Shown here piece by piece: positions 39,542 to 47,328 of a stretch of 64,000 nucleotides of DNA. Made by a program: the position numbers and the translations under genes. The first letter of the stretch is position 1. Every line of letters begins with the position of its first letter. The notes beneath the pieces are model-generated. The model saw only the letters and a program-made list of their open reading frames with translations, was not told the DNA's origin and made no database searches. The stretch lies in IMG/VR virus record IMGVR_UViG_3300009151_000031, one strand, 5' to 3'. This stretch comes from a virus.

Positions 39542-40513
39542 ATGAATCAACCACGTAAAATCCGTTGGCTATTAGAACACGAACCAGTTGAGCTTTTCTT
39601 ACGCACAGCTAAAGAGTTTGACAAGCGTATTCGCGCTCTAACAAACGACGAAATCCAAGTAGAAATGTATAAAAAAGAAGAATACCAAGCTAAATTTGGT
39701 GTTGCTAAAGAAATGATGGATTCAGTAGGCCTAATGCACTCTGGCGATATTGAAATGACTCAAACACAAATCGGCAACGTTGGTCAGTGGTACTGCCCAG
39801 ATTTCTTTGCATTAGAAATGCCATTCTTGTTTGATAGCCATGAACACGCTACTCGTGTTCTTGATGGCCAAATTGGTGAACGCCTATTAGACACCATTGA
39901 GCAAAATGCAAGTGCCAAAGGTTTAGCATTTACATACTCAGGTGGTTATCGTGTGTTTGCATCCAATGACAAACTAACAACAGCCGAAGACTTAAAAGGT
40001 CTAAATTGTTTGACTGACATCAGTGCAGTTCGTATTGATACAGCCAAAGCATTTGGTTTAAATGTAGTTCCATTCAAAGATGCCACCTTAGAAGGCGGTC
40101 AAATTGAGATTCTAAATGATCGTTACGAAGCAAGCCAAACACGTGAAACAACATTGCCACGTTATGAAGCCGAAGCGTACCATGCAGGTCATCACCACAT
40201 TGGTGTTACTAACCACAGCATGTACTTGACTACTATTCTAGTTAACAAAGAGTTCTTTGCAAGTTTAACAGCGGACCAACAGGTCGCAATGAAACAAGTT
40301 GCTATGGAAGTTGCCAAGTTAGAGCGTGAATGGTCGGTGACTGATGCAGACACATTGGCTAACAACACAGTTAAACACGCTGAAATGGGTATTACCTATA
40401 CAGAGTTTGCTGATAGCGAAGTGGCCAAATTGAAACAAGCAGTTGAGCCATTGTACGAAAAATATCGTGCGATTTTTAGCCCATTGCTGATTGATAACAT
40501 TCGCTCTGCCTAA
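39542..40513 (+). CDS. TRAP DctP-fold solute-binding-like protein, copy 1 (no signal peptide)
   Basis: ALEMPFLFDS.EHA.RVL.G.IG, GLAFTYSGGYR, EDLKGL. gaTAAATA at 39506-39513. Confidence 0.8.
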   Translation: MNQPRKIRWLLEHEPVELFLRTAKEFDKRIRALTNDEIQVEMYKKEEYQAKFGVAKEMMDSVGLMHSGDIEMTQTQIGNVGQWYCPDFFALEMPFLFDSHEHATRVLDGQIGERLLDTIEQNASAKGLAFTYSGGYRVFASNDKLTTAEDLKGLNCLTDISAVRIDTAKAFGLNVVPFKDATLEGGQIEILNDRYEASQTRETTLPRYEAEAYHAGHHHIGVTNHSMYLTTILVNKEFFASLTADQQVAMKQVAMEVAKLEREWSVTDADTLANNTVKHAEMGITYTEFADSEVAKLKQAVEPLYEKYRAIFSPLLIDNIRSA

Positions 40514-40521
40514 TTAGCCCT

Positions 40522-41145
40522 TTGAAGTATCCTGAAAAACAATTCGAGTTGTATGACAAGAATTGTTTTTCTACGACTAGCTGGCAAGAAATATTTTCTG
40601 GACGTAGAGTTCTGATTTGTTCTATTGTGCGTCCTCCTTTGTGTTTTAATCAAAATTATATAATAGATTTACAAATTTACAGAGAAATGTACAAGTTGCT
40701 TGGGGTAGATGAAGTCTACTTACTAAGCCGTTCTCGTCTTGGATTAGTCAGTTTATTAAATCGAACAACAATACCTTGCATGGCAGATGTAAATTCAGAA
40801 TTTGCATTGCATTTGAACAGTCTGGTCAATACAAAAGAATACAGTAAAAATCATTTGTCATCGTTCTGGGCATATCAGGTATTAATCAACGACGGCGAAG
40901 TGGAACAGATCACACAACAACCTCTAGAAAATTATCTGGCCACCATGCTCAAGGATACCAAGAACATTGCCGCACTTAAAGCAATTGGATTAAAAAACGA
41001 AAAGTTAATTTGGACACCGACTTTTTTGACACGAACTATTAAATTGGCCAGAGACATTTTTTACTACCGATTGCACCCAAACATCGAGCTCAAAAAACAT
41101 TTATTCTCAACTTATCCAAACATACTTGACAATAAAGATAAATAA
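40522..41145 (+). CDS. Peroxiredoxin-5/redoxin-fold protein, degenerate, copy 1
   Basis: RRVLICS...GVDEVYLLS...MADVNSEF...VLINDGEV. TTG start. Confidence 0.5.
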   Translation: MKYPEKQFELYDKNCFSTTSWQEIFSGRRVLICSIVRPPLCFNQNYIIDLQIYREMYKLLGVDEVYLLSRSRLGLVSLLNRTTIPCMADVNSEFALHLNSLVNTKEYSKNHLSSFWAYQVLINDGEVEQITQQPLENYLATMLKDTKNIAALKAIGLKNEKLIWTPTFLTRTIKLARDIFYYRLHPNIELKKHLFSTYPNILDNKDK

Positions 41146-41154
41146 ATGTATAAT
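41126..41154 (+). promoter_or_regulatory. Sigma70 consensus promoter
   Basis: TTGACA-17-TATAAT, with TAAATA inside the spacer. Confidence 0.85.
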
Positions 41155-41164
41155 TGATAACATT

Positions 41165-41293
41165 ATGACACTAAGAACTTGTAAACATCTACCATCCATA
41201 CAGCCAACACTAGGTATGTTAGCCTATTGGCCTGCGAATGAAGTGTTTACATCAATTAATAGTGATCGTGAATACAGAGAGGGTCTCAATTAG
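41165..41293 (+). CDS. Putative 42-aa leader peptide
   Basis: MTLRTCKHLPSIQPTLGMLAYWPANEVFTSINSDREYREGLN*. Starts about 10 nt after the -10 box and ends inside a hairpin arm. Confidence 0.45.
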   Translation: MTLRTCKHLPSIQPTLGMLAYWPANEVFTSINSDREYREGLN

Positions 41294-41351
41294 AGTATTG
41301 TAGTTTACCATATTTTAATCGAGACCCTGGACTAAACACCCAGGGTTTTTT
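41281..41351 (+). terminator. Attenuator-like antiterminator/terminator pair
   Basis: gggtctc(41281)/gagaccc(41321) stem overlaps the ccctgg(41325)/ccaggg(41340) terminator, followed by a T run. Confidence 0.65.
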
Positions 41352-41370
41352 GTTTATAAAGGAGAAAGAA

Positions 41371-41547
41371 ATGTCGCATAAAATTAATAAAAATGAGTAT
41401 TCGCAATTTATTCTTTCCCGTGAAGAAAAGGTTGCATTAATGGAAGCAAAAATTGCAAGAGCGGAAGCTCAAGTAAAGGCGTTAGCAGAAATTGTAAAAG
41501 TAAAAGCAAAGGAATCTGCAAGGGGGTCGAAATACACCTCACGCTGA
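41371..41547 (+). CDS. Small basic coiled-coil protein
   Basis: MSHKINKNE...SR* with AAGGAG RBS. Confidence 0.55.
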   Translation: MSHKINKNEYSQFILSREEKVALMEAKIARAEAQVKALAEIVKVKAKESARGSKYTSR

Positions 41548-41965
41548 TAAATGGATTGAGGTTATGTTAAGTACAGGCACGTTTTTTTCGTGTACTATAT
41601 TTGATAAACCTGAGTAAGTGTGTAAAGAGGAAACGAGGTCCTCGCTGGGCACTATAAACATCTAGCAAACGGGCGGACAGGATACATAAAAGCCGGGCGA
41701 TAACCGGTTAGTAAGACTCCTGGGTAGGGTACTATCCCTATCATATCCTGTAGCAATACAGGGTATTCTAAAGCATATTAGATGAGAGCGTCCAAAGGTC
41801 CTGAACACCTTGTGGGACAGGGCACAGGAATCACCGTGACACTAGTATGTTTTATAATACCCTTTAGAAGAACACGCCCAAGCACCGCACCGATAAAGCG
41901 GACTGCCAGAGCAACCGTCACATAAACGGCCGCTGTTATCCAACACAGCAACTAAAGGGTAGACT
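41548..41965 (+). ncRNA. Candidate large structured ncRNA
   Basis: No credible ORF, many stems (see findings), directly 5' of tRNA-Tyr. Confidence 0.5.
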
Positions 41966-41970
41966 TATAT

Positions 41971-42055
41971 GGAGGAACGGCGCAGATGGCGGGGCGCGGC
42001 AGACTGTAAATCTGTTCTCTAGGGCTAGTTGGTTCGAATCCATCTTCCTCCACCA
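41971..42055 (+). tRNA. trnY: tRNA-Tyr(GTA), atypical D arm
   Basis: ggaggaa/ttcctcc acceptor, gcaga-ctGTAaa-tctgt arm, CCA. Confidence 0.85.
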
Positions 42056-42136
42056 CAAATCCTGAATTTTAATAAATATATTGAGCAGTATTTCAAATTG
42101 CACATAAATACATAATAAAATCCCAGGAGATTGTTG

Positions 42137-43084
42137 ATGCAAAAAACAAATAAAATTAAGTGGCTAATCGCACACGAGCCGGTACATCTTTTCTTACGTA
42201 CAGCAGAAGCATTTGCCGCTGATGTTAAAGCAAAAACCAACGGTGAGATTGATATTGAAATTTATACAGCAACAGAATATGCCAATAAATTCCACAATGG
42301 TCACAAAGAAAACCCATTGACACATATGGAAAATGGCACGTTAGAGATGAGCCAATTGCATATCAGTCAGTTATGGAAATACAATGCTCCATCATTTATG
42401 GCTCTTGAAATGCCATTCTTGTTTAGCGATCATGACCATGCTACCCGTGTATTGGAAGGCAACATTGGTCAAGACATGCTAGCAAGTTTGAAAGAAAAAT
42501 CACCAGCACGTGGACTAGCGTTCACATACAGCGGCGGCTATCGTGTCATGGTCAGTGATACCGAAGTTAACGAAATAGCTGACTTCCGTAATATGAAGTT
42601 CTATACAGGCACAAACCCAATTGGTATGGATACTATCGAAGTTATCGGTGGCCAACCCGATCCACACGCTATTGACCATTTTTGGCACAGCGTTACTGCT
42701 AATGGTATCAAACACGATGCAATCGATACAACAATTCCACGTGTTTTAGCCACAGTTGACAAACTAAGCAAGCGTTTTATCACTGACACCAAGCACAGCA
42801 TGTTTTTGACAAGCATTATTGTTAGTGAAGCATGGTGGAACACACTAAGCGAAGAGACAAAAGAAATTTTGGCCACTGCCGCAACCGATGCCGCACGTTT
42901 AGAGCGTAAGTGGTCAGTTGAAGACAGCAACCATGTTATTGCCAATGCTGTAGAATTGGGCTTAGAATATAAAGAACTAAGCAAAGAAGATCAATCCAAG
43001 TTCCAGGCACTAACAGAACCATTGTACCAAAAGTATGAATCTATGTTTATGCCAGGTTTAGTTAACGGAATTATCCGCGGTTAA
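42137..43084 (+). CDS. TRAP DctP-fold protein, copy 2 (no signal peptide)
   Basis: WLIAHEPVHLFLRTA, ALEMPFLF, GLAFTYSGGYR. TAAATA boxes at 42071-42078 and 42103-42110. Confidence 0.8.
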   Translation: MQKTNKIKWLIAHEPVHLFLRTAEAFAADVKAKTNGEIDIEIYTATEYANKFHNGHKENPLTHMENGTLEMSQLHISQLWKYNAPSFMALEMPFLFSDHDHATRVLEGNIGQDMLASLKEKSPARGLAFTYSGGYRVMVSDTEVNEIADFRNMKFYTGTNPIGMDTIEVIGGQPDPHAIDHFWHSVTANGIKHDAIDTTIPRVLATVDKLSKRFITDTKHSMFLTSIIVSEAWWNTLSEETKEILATAATDAARLERKWSVEDSNHVIANAVELGLEYKELSKEDQSKFQALTEPLYQKYESMFMPGLVNGIIRG

Positions 43085-43090
43085 TAATCG

Positions 43091-43119
43091 TTGCAATAGT
43101 TTTAGTTTTAGTATATAAT
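43091..43119 (+). promoter_or_regulatory. Sigma70-type promoter
   Basis: TTGCAA-17-TATAAT. Confidence 0.6.
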
Positions 43120-43127
43120 CAGACTCT

Positions 43128-43580
43128 ATGAAAGATAATCTTTTAGAGTCTGATTCCTTTTGTGCAAAACGAATTCTGGTATTTGGTATTAATAGAATTC
43201 AAAGCCATCCTACAATAGATCATGTTAAGACCATTGATGCTATGCACGATGAATTTTTAGCACATGGCATAGACGAAATACATTTTATTTCTATTTGTGA
43301 TTTTTTATTGTTTGATCCAATGATGACCAAATTGGCACCACATTGCAAGTCTACTCAATTGACTGATACAACAGCGTTACAAAAAATGTTCAGTAAAAAA
43401 GGTCATCCTAGATACCTTTGTGAATATTGGCAGTTTGCAGCCGTTGTTAATAAACAACAGGTCGAATTCTATGCAGAGCAACCGTTTGTGGCAAAGTTTG
43501 GCCCAGACACCAGAGCTGATATTTATAGCAACGTGAGTGCAGAAAAAGTTCTAGCATGGTTGTCCAATAAATCAGTTTAA
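43128..43580 (+). CDS. Peroxiredoxin-5/redoxin-fold protein, degenerate, copy 2
   Basis: KRILVFG...HGIDEIHFISICD...YWQFAAVVN...EQP. Confidence 0.5.
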   Translation: MKDNLLESDSFCAKRILVFGINRIQSHPTIDHVKTIDAMHDEFLAHGIDEIHFISICDFLLFDPMMTKLAPHCKSTQLTDTTALQKMFSKKGHPRYLCEYWQFAAVVNKQQVEFYAEQPFVAKFGPDTRADIYSNVSAEKVLAWLSNKSV

Positions 43581-43631
43581 TGTACAATTGATACATCAAG
43601 TAAGAAATTACACGCTCTTTAAAAATTTAAA

Positions 43632-43756
43632 CCATAGAACCCTGTGAAGGGTGCTATACAAAAATACACAATGACCAAACTCGGGTTCATCCGTGAGGTC
43701 AAGTAATTGATCCTATATCTTGTGTATTTTTGTATAGTCGAAAGAATTGGCACCCT
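43632..43756 (+). ncRNA. Candidate structured RNA / inverted-repeat element
   Basis: Perfect 18-bp IR 43654-43671/43720-43737 inside a gggtgc/gcaccc stem. ccc-tgtgaa-ggg hairpin. Confidence 0.45.
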
Positions 43757-43828
43757 AAGAAGTCCATTAGAGGCCTGACGCCCCTGTAAATCAATCAATA
43801 CTGTTTACGAACCGGGTCACTAAATTTT

Positions 43829-43905
43829 GGAGAAGTAGCTCAGTTGGTTAGAGTGCCTGCCTGTCACGCAGGAAGTCGCGGGTTCGAGTCCCGTCTTTTC
43901 CGCCA
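43829..43905 (+). tRNA. trnD: tRNA-Asp(GTC)
   Basis: Cloverleaf, CCA. Confidence 0.95.
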
Positions 43906-43909
43906 AATT

Positions 43910-43985
43910 GCTCGGTTCGTCTATCGGTCTAGGACACCGCCCTTTCACGGCGGGAAGAGGGGTTCGATTCCCCTACCGAGTACCA
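43910..43985 (+). tRNA. trnE: tRNA-Glu(TTC)
   Basis: Cloverleaf, CCA. Confidence 0.95.
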
Positions 43986-43992
43986 ATGTTAT

Positions 43993-44067
43993 GCAGGATT
44001 AATTCAGTGGTAGAATGTCTCGTTGCCAACGAGAATGTCAGGAGTTCGACCCTCCTATCCTGCTCCA
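43993..44067 (+). tRNA. trnG: tRNA-Gly(GCC)
   Basis: Cloverleaf, U discriminator, CCA. Confidence 0.93.
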
Positions 44068-44073
44068 AGTTAG

Positions 44074-44149
44074 GTATCCTTAGCTCAATTGGCAGAGCGT
44101 TGGTCTCCAAAACCAAAGGTTCGCGGTTCGAGGCCGTGAGGGTACGCCA
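44074..44149 (+). tRNA. trnW: tRNA-Trp(CCA)
   Basis: ttggt-ctCCAaa-accaa arm, G discriminator, CCA. Confidence 0.93.
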
Positions 44150-44276
44150 AGTTAGGTTTGTATAGTAGCTACAATGGAACACCGAGACACTTGCCAAAGT
44201 CGACTAATGCAAGGACCGGCCATGAAGAGTAGGGCTACCTCAGGTTCAAGCACTGAATACAAACACCCAATCCTAA

Positions 44277-44350
44277 GCGGGATTAGTTTAATGGTAAAAC
44301 AGCAGATTTCCAATCTTCGGTCAAGAGTTCGATTCTCTTATCCCGCTCCA
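44277..44350 (+). tRNA. trnG: tRNA-Gly(TCC)
   Basis: Cloverleaf, one anticodon-stem mismatch, CCA. Confidence 0.9.
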
Positions 44351-44359
44351 TTTTAACAT

Positions 44360-44563
44360 ATGACATTAAACGATTTAAAAGAAAAAGACCAGGCAGTGAT
44401 ACTCAGTGTCACCAACGAGCGTTTACAGCAAATGGGTCTTGTTCCTACAAGAACTGTAACTGTTTTAAGACGCATGGCCTGTTGTCTTCACATACGTGTG
44501 GGTTCCACTGAATGGGCCATACGTGATCAAGACGCTCAGTCAGTAACGATTATTCCCCGATAG
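44360..44563 (+). CDS. feoA: FeoA-like SH3-fold protein
   Basis: MTLNDLK...RLQQMGLVP...V.VLR...IRVG...AIR..DA..V matches the FeoA pattern. Stop codon lies inside tRNA-Asn. Confidence 0.65.
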   Translation: MTLNDLKEKDQAVILSVTNERLQQMGLVPTRTVTVLRRMACCLHIRVGSTEWAIRDQDAQSVTIIPR

Positions 44564-44628
44564 CTCAGCGGTAGAGCAGTAGACTGTTAATCTATTGGTC
44601 GGTGGTTCGATCCCACCTTGGGGAGCCA
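44554..44628 (+). tRNA. trnN: tRNA-Asn(GTT)
   Basis: Cloverleaf, CCA. Confidence 0.95.
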
Positions 44629-44635
44629 AAATCAT

Positions 44636-44713
44636 ATAGCGGTGGCAGAGTGGTCAATTGCACGGGATTGCAAATCCCGAAAACCGTGAGTTCAAATCTC
44701 ACCCGCTATTCCA
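44636..44713 (+). tRNA. trnC: tRNA-Cys(GCA)
   Basis: cggga-ttGCAaa-tcccg arm, U discriminator, CCA. Confidence 0.93.
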
Positions 44714-44726
44714 ATAAATCTTTTTA

Positions 44727-45050
44727 ATGTATAATAGGTATATGATGAATAAATTAATCCGTGATGGTCAAGTTGCTGTACTAGTAAGTCCAGGATATGG
44801 TGCTGGCTGGTACTCGTGGCATTCAATTGAAGAACTGGTCTACGATCCTAGCATAGTAGAGTGGTTAGAACAAGGTGAAATGCCAAAAATTCAAGCATAC
44901 TTGGCCTTAAAATACAAAGATGAGTATTTTGGTGGCCTAGAAGATTTAGTAGTAATGTGGGTACCTGAAGGAGCTCGGTTTCGTATTAAAGAATATGACG
45001 GAGCAGAGAGCTTGGTACTTGAATCACAAGAACGCTGGATGACAGCATAA
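44727..45050 (+). CDS. Hypothetical protein
   Basis: VAVLVSPGYGAGW...FRIKEYDGAE, coherent 107-aa ORF. Confidence 0.65.
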   Translation: MYNRYMMNKLIRDGQVAVLVSPGYGAGWYSWHSIEELVYDPSIVEWLEQGEMPKIQAYLALKYKDEYFGGLEDLVVMWVPEGARFRIKEYDGAESLVLESQERWMTA

Positions 45051-45059
45051 GGAGGCCGT

Positions 45060-45524
45060 ATGTCCTGGATTGAAAATGTAGCGGCTGTAGATGTGTCTAG
45101 CGGATTCCATCATGCGGCTGGTCCTAACAGTATGCTGATTAGTATTGCTGACTGTGGTAGTTGGCGCCCAGAATCAAAGCACGAATTCAAGGAGCGTCAC
45201 AACTTTGAGTTTCTTGATATTGAGCTTAACGATTTTGCTTTAGAAGAAGCAATGCGTTGTAGCCAAGAGCAAGCAGATGAATTAGTTCGTTTGCTACAAC
45301 ATGCACTGGCTAATCGTATGAATGTGGTTGTACATTGTACCGCTGGCATTTGTAGATCCGGTGCAGTAACAGAAGTTGGAGTTATGTTAGGTTTTGATGA
45401 TACTGAACGGTTTCGTAGTCCTAATTTGTTAGTAAAACATCGTATGATGAAAGCCCTTGGGTGGACATACAATGAAAACGAAAAGCCAAACATTGATGAC
45501 TGGCGTACTTTTAGGAGTGTCTGA
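45060..45524 (+). CDS. Dual-specificity / protein-tyrosine phosphatase family protein
   Basis: VVHCTAGICRS (HCxxGxxR) active-site loop. Confidence 0.85.
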   Translation: MSWIENVAAVDVSSGFHHAAGPNSMLISIADCGSWRPESKHEFKERHNFEFLDIELNDFALEEAMRCSQEQADELVRLLQHALANRMNVVVHCTAGICRSGAVTEVGVMLGFDDTERFRSPNLLVKHRMMKALGWTYNENEKPNIDDWRTFRSV

Positions 45525-45721
45525 TGACAATTAATGCTATTTCACAATATAATAATAAAATATTTAATTTGATGGCTGTAAAGCAGTTGGATTTTAGACA
45601 TGAAGAACTTCGCTTAGAAGCAGTTCGAGTAAAAGAACAGCTTGAAGAAAATGAGCAAAAACGAATTGAAATGAATCGCCGGATGAATCGGCCCGGACAA
45701 AATGTTGATAAACTAGCGTAA
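45524..45721 (+). CDS. Hypothetical protein
   Basis: 65-aa coupled ORF. Confidence 0.5.
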   Translation: MTINAISQYNNKIFNLMAVKQLDFRHEELRLEAVRVKEQLEENEQKRIEMNRRMNRPGQNVDKLA

Positions 45722-45743
45722 CTCAAATTGAAAGGAGTATAAT

Positions 45744-46346
45744 ATGCCAGCAGTATTTTTAGTAAGCGACACGCACTTTGGTCATGCCGGTGTATGCCGT
45801 TTTACCCGCAACGATGGTGTTACAAAACTTCGCCCATGGGATGATGCAGACGAAATGGATGAATTCATGGTCAAGGCCTGGAACGAACGTGTTCGTCCTA
45901 ACGATAAAGTTTATCACTTAGGCGATGTAGTTATTAACCGTAAAAGTCTTGCTATTATGCGTAGGCTCAACGGGGATAAAGTTCTTATCCGTGGTAACCA
46001 CGATATCTTTAAGGACACTGACTATCGTGAACATTTCCGTGAACTTCGTGCATACCATGTGATGAATGGAATGATTCTTAGTCACATTCCTGTACACGTA
46101 GAGTCACTTGGTCGGTTTGGTGTTAACATTCACGGACACTTACACGCAAATCGTGTTAAGAAAATTCGTGGAGTAAACGCCAAGACAGGTGAACTTCTGT
46201 ACAGTGATGAACCAGATGTACGCTACCATTGCGTATGTGTGGAGCAAACTGACTTTGCACCTATTCTGTTTGAAGATGTTATCAAACGTATTGAAGCAGA
46301 AGGTGGTTCCGTGGGTTTCCGTAACGGTAACGGCCCTACGATGTAA
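45744..46346 (+). CDS. Calcineurin-like metallophosphoesterase
   Basis: SDTHFGH, HLGD, RGNHD, LSH.P, HGHLH motifs. Confidence 0.92.
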   Translation: MPAVFLVSDTHFGHAGVCRFTRNDGVTKLRPWDDADEMDEFMVKAWNERVRPNDKVYHLGDVVINRKSLAIMRRLNGDKVLIRGNHDIFKDTDYREHFRELRAYHVMNGMILSHIPVHVESLGRFGVNIHGHLHANRVKKIRGVNAKTGELLYSDEPDVRYHCVCVEQTDFAPILFEDVIKRIEAEGGSVGFRNGNGPTM

Positions 46347-46406
46347 GAACAGTCTTGGACACGCAGACTTTAAAGCGAGGTGGGAGTAGGTGGAAGCCCT
46401 GCATCT

Positions 46407-46515
46407 ATATAAAAACACATCTATGATCTGGGATATGCGAATGCGTACATATAAACTAAGATCCCACTTGTTAGTGGGTACGGGAGTGGGAATCTCCCTA
46501 GGTGTGTTTCTATAT
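46407..46515 (+). ncRNA. Inverted-repeat-bounded structured element
   Basis: atataaaaacacatcta / taggtgtgtttctatat stem with internal cccac/gtggg and ggga/tccc hairpins, abutting tRNA-Met. Confidence 0.4.
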
Positions 46516-46590
46516 GGAAATATAGCACAGCGGTAGTGCATCGCCTTCATACGGCGCAGGTCAGTAGTTCAAATCTACTTATTTCCACCA
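46516..46590 (+). tRNA. trnM: tRNA-Met(CAT), elongator type
   Basis: G1-C72, ttCATac loop, CCA. Confidence 0.8.
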
Positions 46591-46594
46591 ATTA

Positions 46595-46673
46595 CGGAGT
46601 GTAGGAAAGTCTGGCTTAATCCGCCTCGTTTGGGACGAGGAGACCGAAGGTTCGAATCCTTCCATTCCGACCA
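46595..46673 (+). tRNA. trnP: tRNA-Pro(TGG)
   Basis: Cloverleaf, CCA. Confidence 0.93.
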
Positions 46674-46678
46674 TATAT

Positions 46679-46754
46679 AGGACTTTAGCTCAGTTGGTAG
46701 AGCGTCTGCCTTACACGCAGAATGTCGTCAGTTCGAACCTGGCAAGTCCTACCA
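46679..46754 (+). tRNA. trnV: tRNA-Val(TAC)
   Basis: Cloverleaf, CCA. Confidence 0.95.
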
Positions 46755-46757
46755 TTT

Positions 46758-46833
46758 GCCCCTATAGCTCAGTTGGTAGAGCACCGCCTTGATAAGGCGT
46801 AGGTCCCTGGTTCGAGTCCAGGTGGAGGCACCA
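46758..46833 (+). tRNA. trnI: tRNA-Ile(GAT)
   Basis: Cloverleaf, one acceptor mismatch, CCA. Confidence 0.92.
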
Positions 46834-46837
46834 ATAT

Positions 46838-46914
46838 CGGCCTTTAACTCAATTGGATAGAGTGCAAGTCTTCGAAACTTGAAGTTGGGAGTTCGAATCT
46901 CTCAGGGCCGGCCA
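46838..46914 (+). tRNA. trnR: tRNA-Arg(TCG)
   Basis: caagt-ctTCGaa-acttg arm, CCA. Confidence 0.93.
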
Positions 46915-46920
46915 AATTAC

Positions 46921-46996
46921 AGGACGTTAGCTCAGCCGGTAGAGCAGTAGACTTTTAATCTATTGGTCGTGGGTTCGATCCCCGCACGTCCTACCA
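46921..46996 (+). tRNA. trnK: tRNA-Lys(TTT)
   Basis: Cloverleaf, CCA. Confidence 0.95.
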
Positions 46997-46998
46997 AT

Positions 46999-47074
46999 GC
47001 TACTTTAGCTGATGTGGTCATAGCGGCGGTTTGAAGAACCGTTGAACTAGGTTCGATTCCTAGAGGTAGCACCA
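46999..47074 (+). tRNA. trnF: tRNA-Phe(GAA)
   Basis: Cloverleaf, CCA. Confidence 0.92.
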
Positions 47075-47083
47075 AATTATTGT

Positions 47084-47157
47084 TGGGGGTTAGTGTAGCG
47101 GTAACACTACAGACTTTGACTCTGTCATCACTGGTTCGATCCCAGTACCCTCTGCCA
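47084..47157 (+). tRNA. trnQ: tRNA-Gln(TTG)
   Basis: acaga-ctTTGac-tctgt arm, CCA, unpaired 1:72 position. Confidence 0.9.
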
Positions 47158-47163
47158 AATTAC

Positions 47164-47238
47164 CTCGCCTTAGTATAATGGATAATACAGTAGGCTTCTA
47201 CCCTACGAATGTGGGTTCGATTCCTGCAGGCGAGGCCA
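47164..47238 (+). tRNA. trnR: tRNA-Arg(TCT)
   Basis: Cloverleaf, CCA. Confidence 0.93.
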
Positions 47239-47244
47239 AACAAT

Positions 47245-47320
47245 GGTGACTATAGTGTAAAGGTTAACACCACGGATTGTGATTCCGTTAATATGGGTTC
47301 GATTCCCATTAGTTACCCCA
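47245..47320 (+). tRNA. trnH: tRNA-His(GTG)
   Basis: Encoded G-1 and C discriminator, CCA. Confidence 0.93.
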
Positions 47321-47328
47321 ATCAATAT

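Noticed and set aside
41620-41660. RNase P RNA suggested by gaggaaac...gtcc
   Set aside because: It does not match GAGGAAAGUCC, and no complementary CR-V segment was found downstream.
46349-46403. rRNA fragment (ggtgggag...gaagc resembles 23S)
   Set aside because: The similarity is only a few nucleotides with no flanking rRNA sequence.
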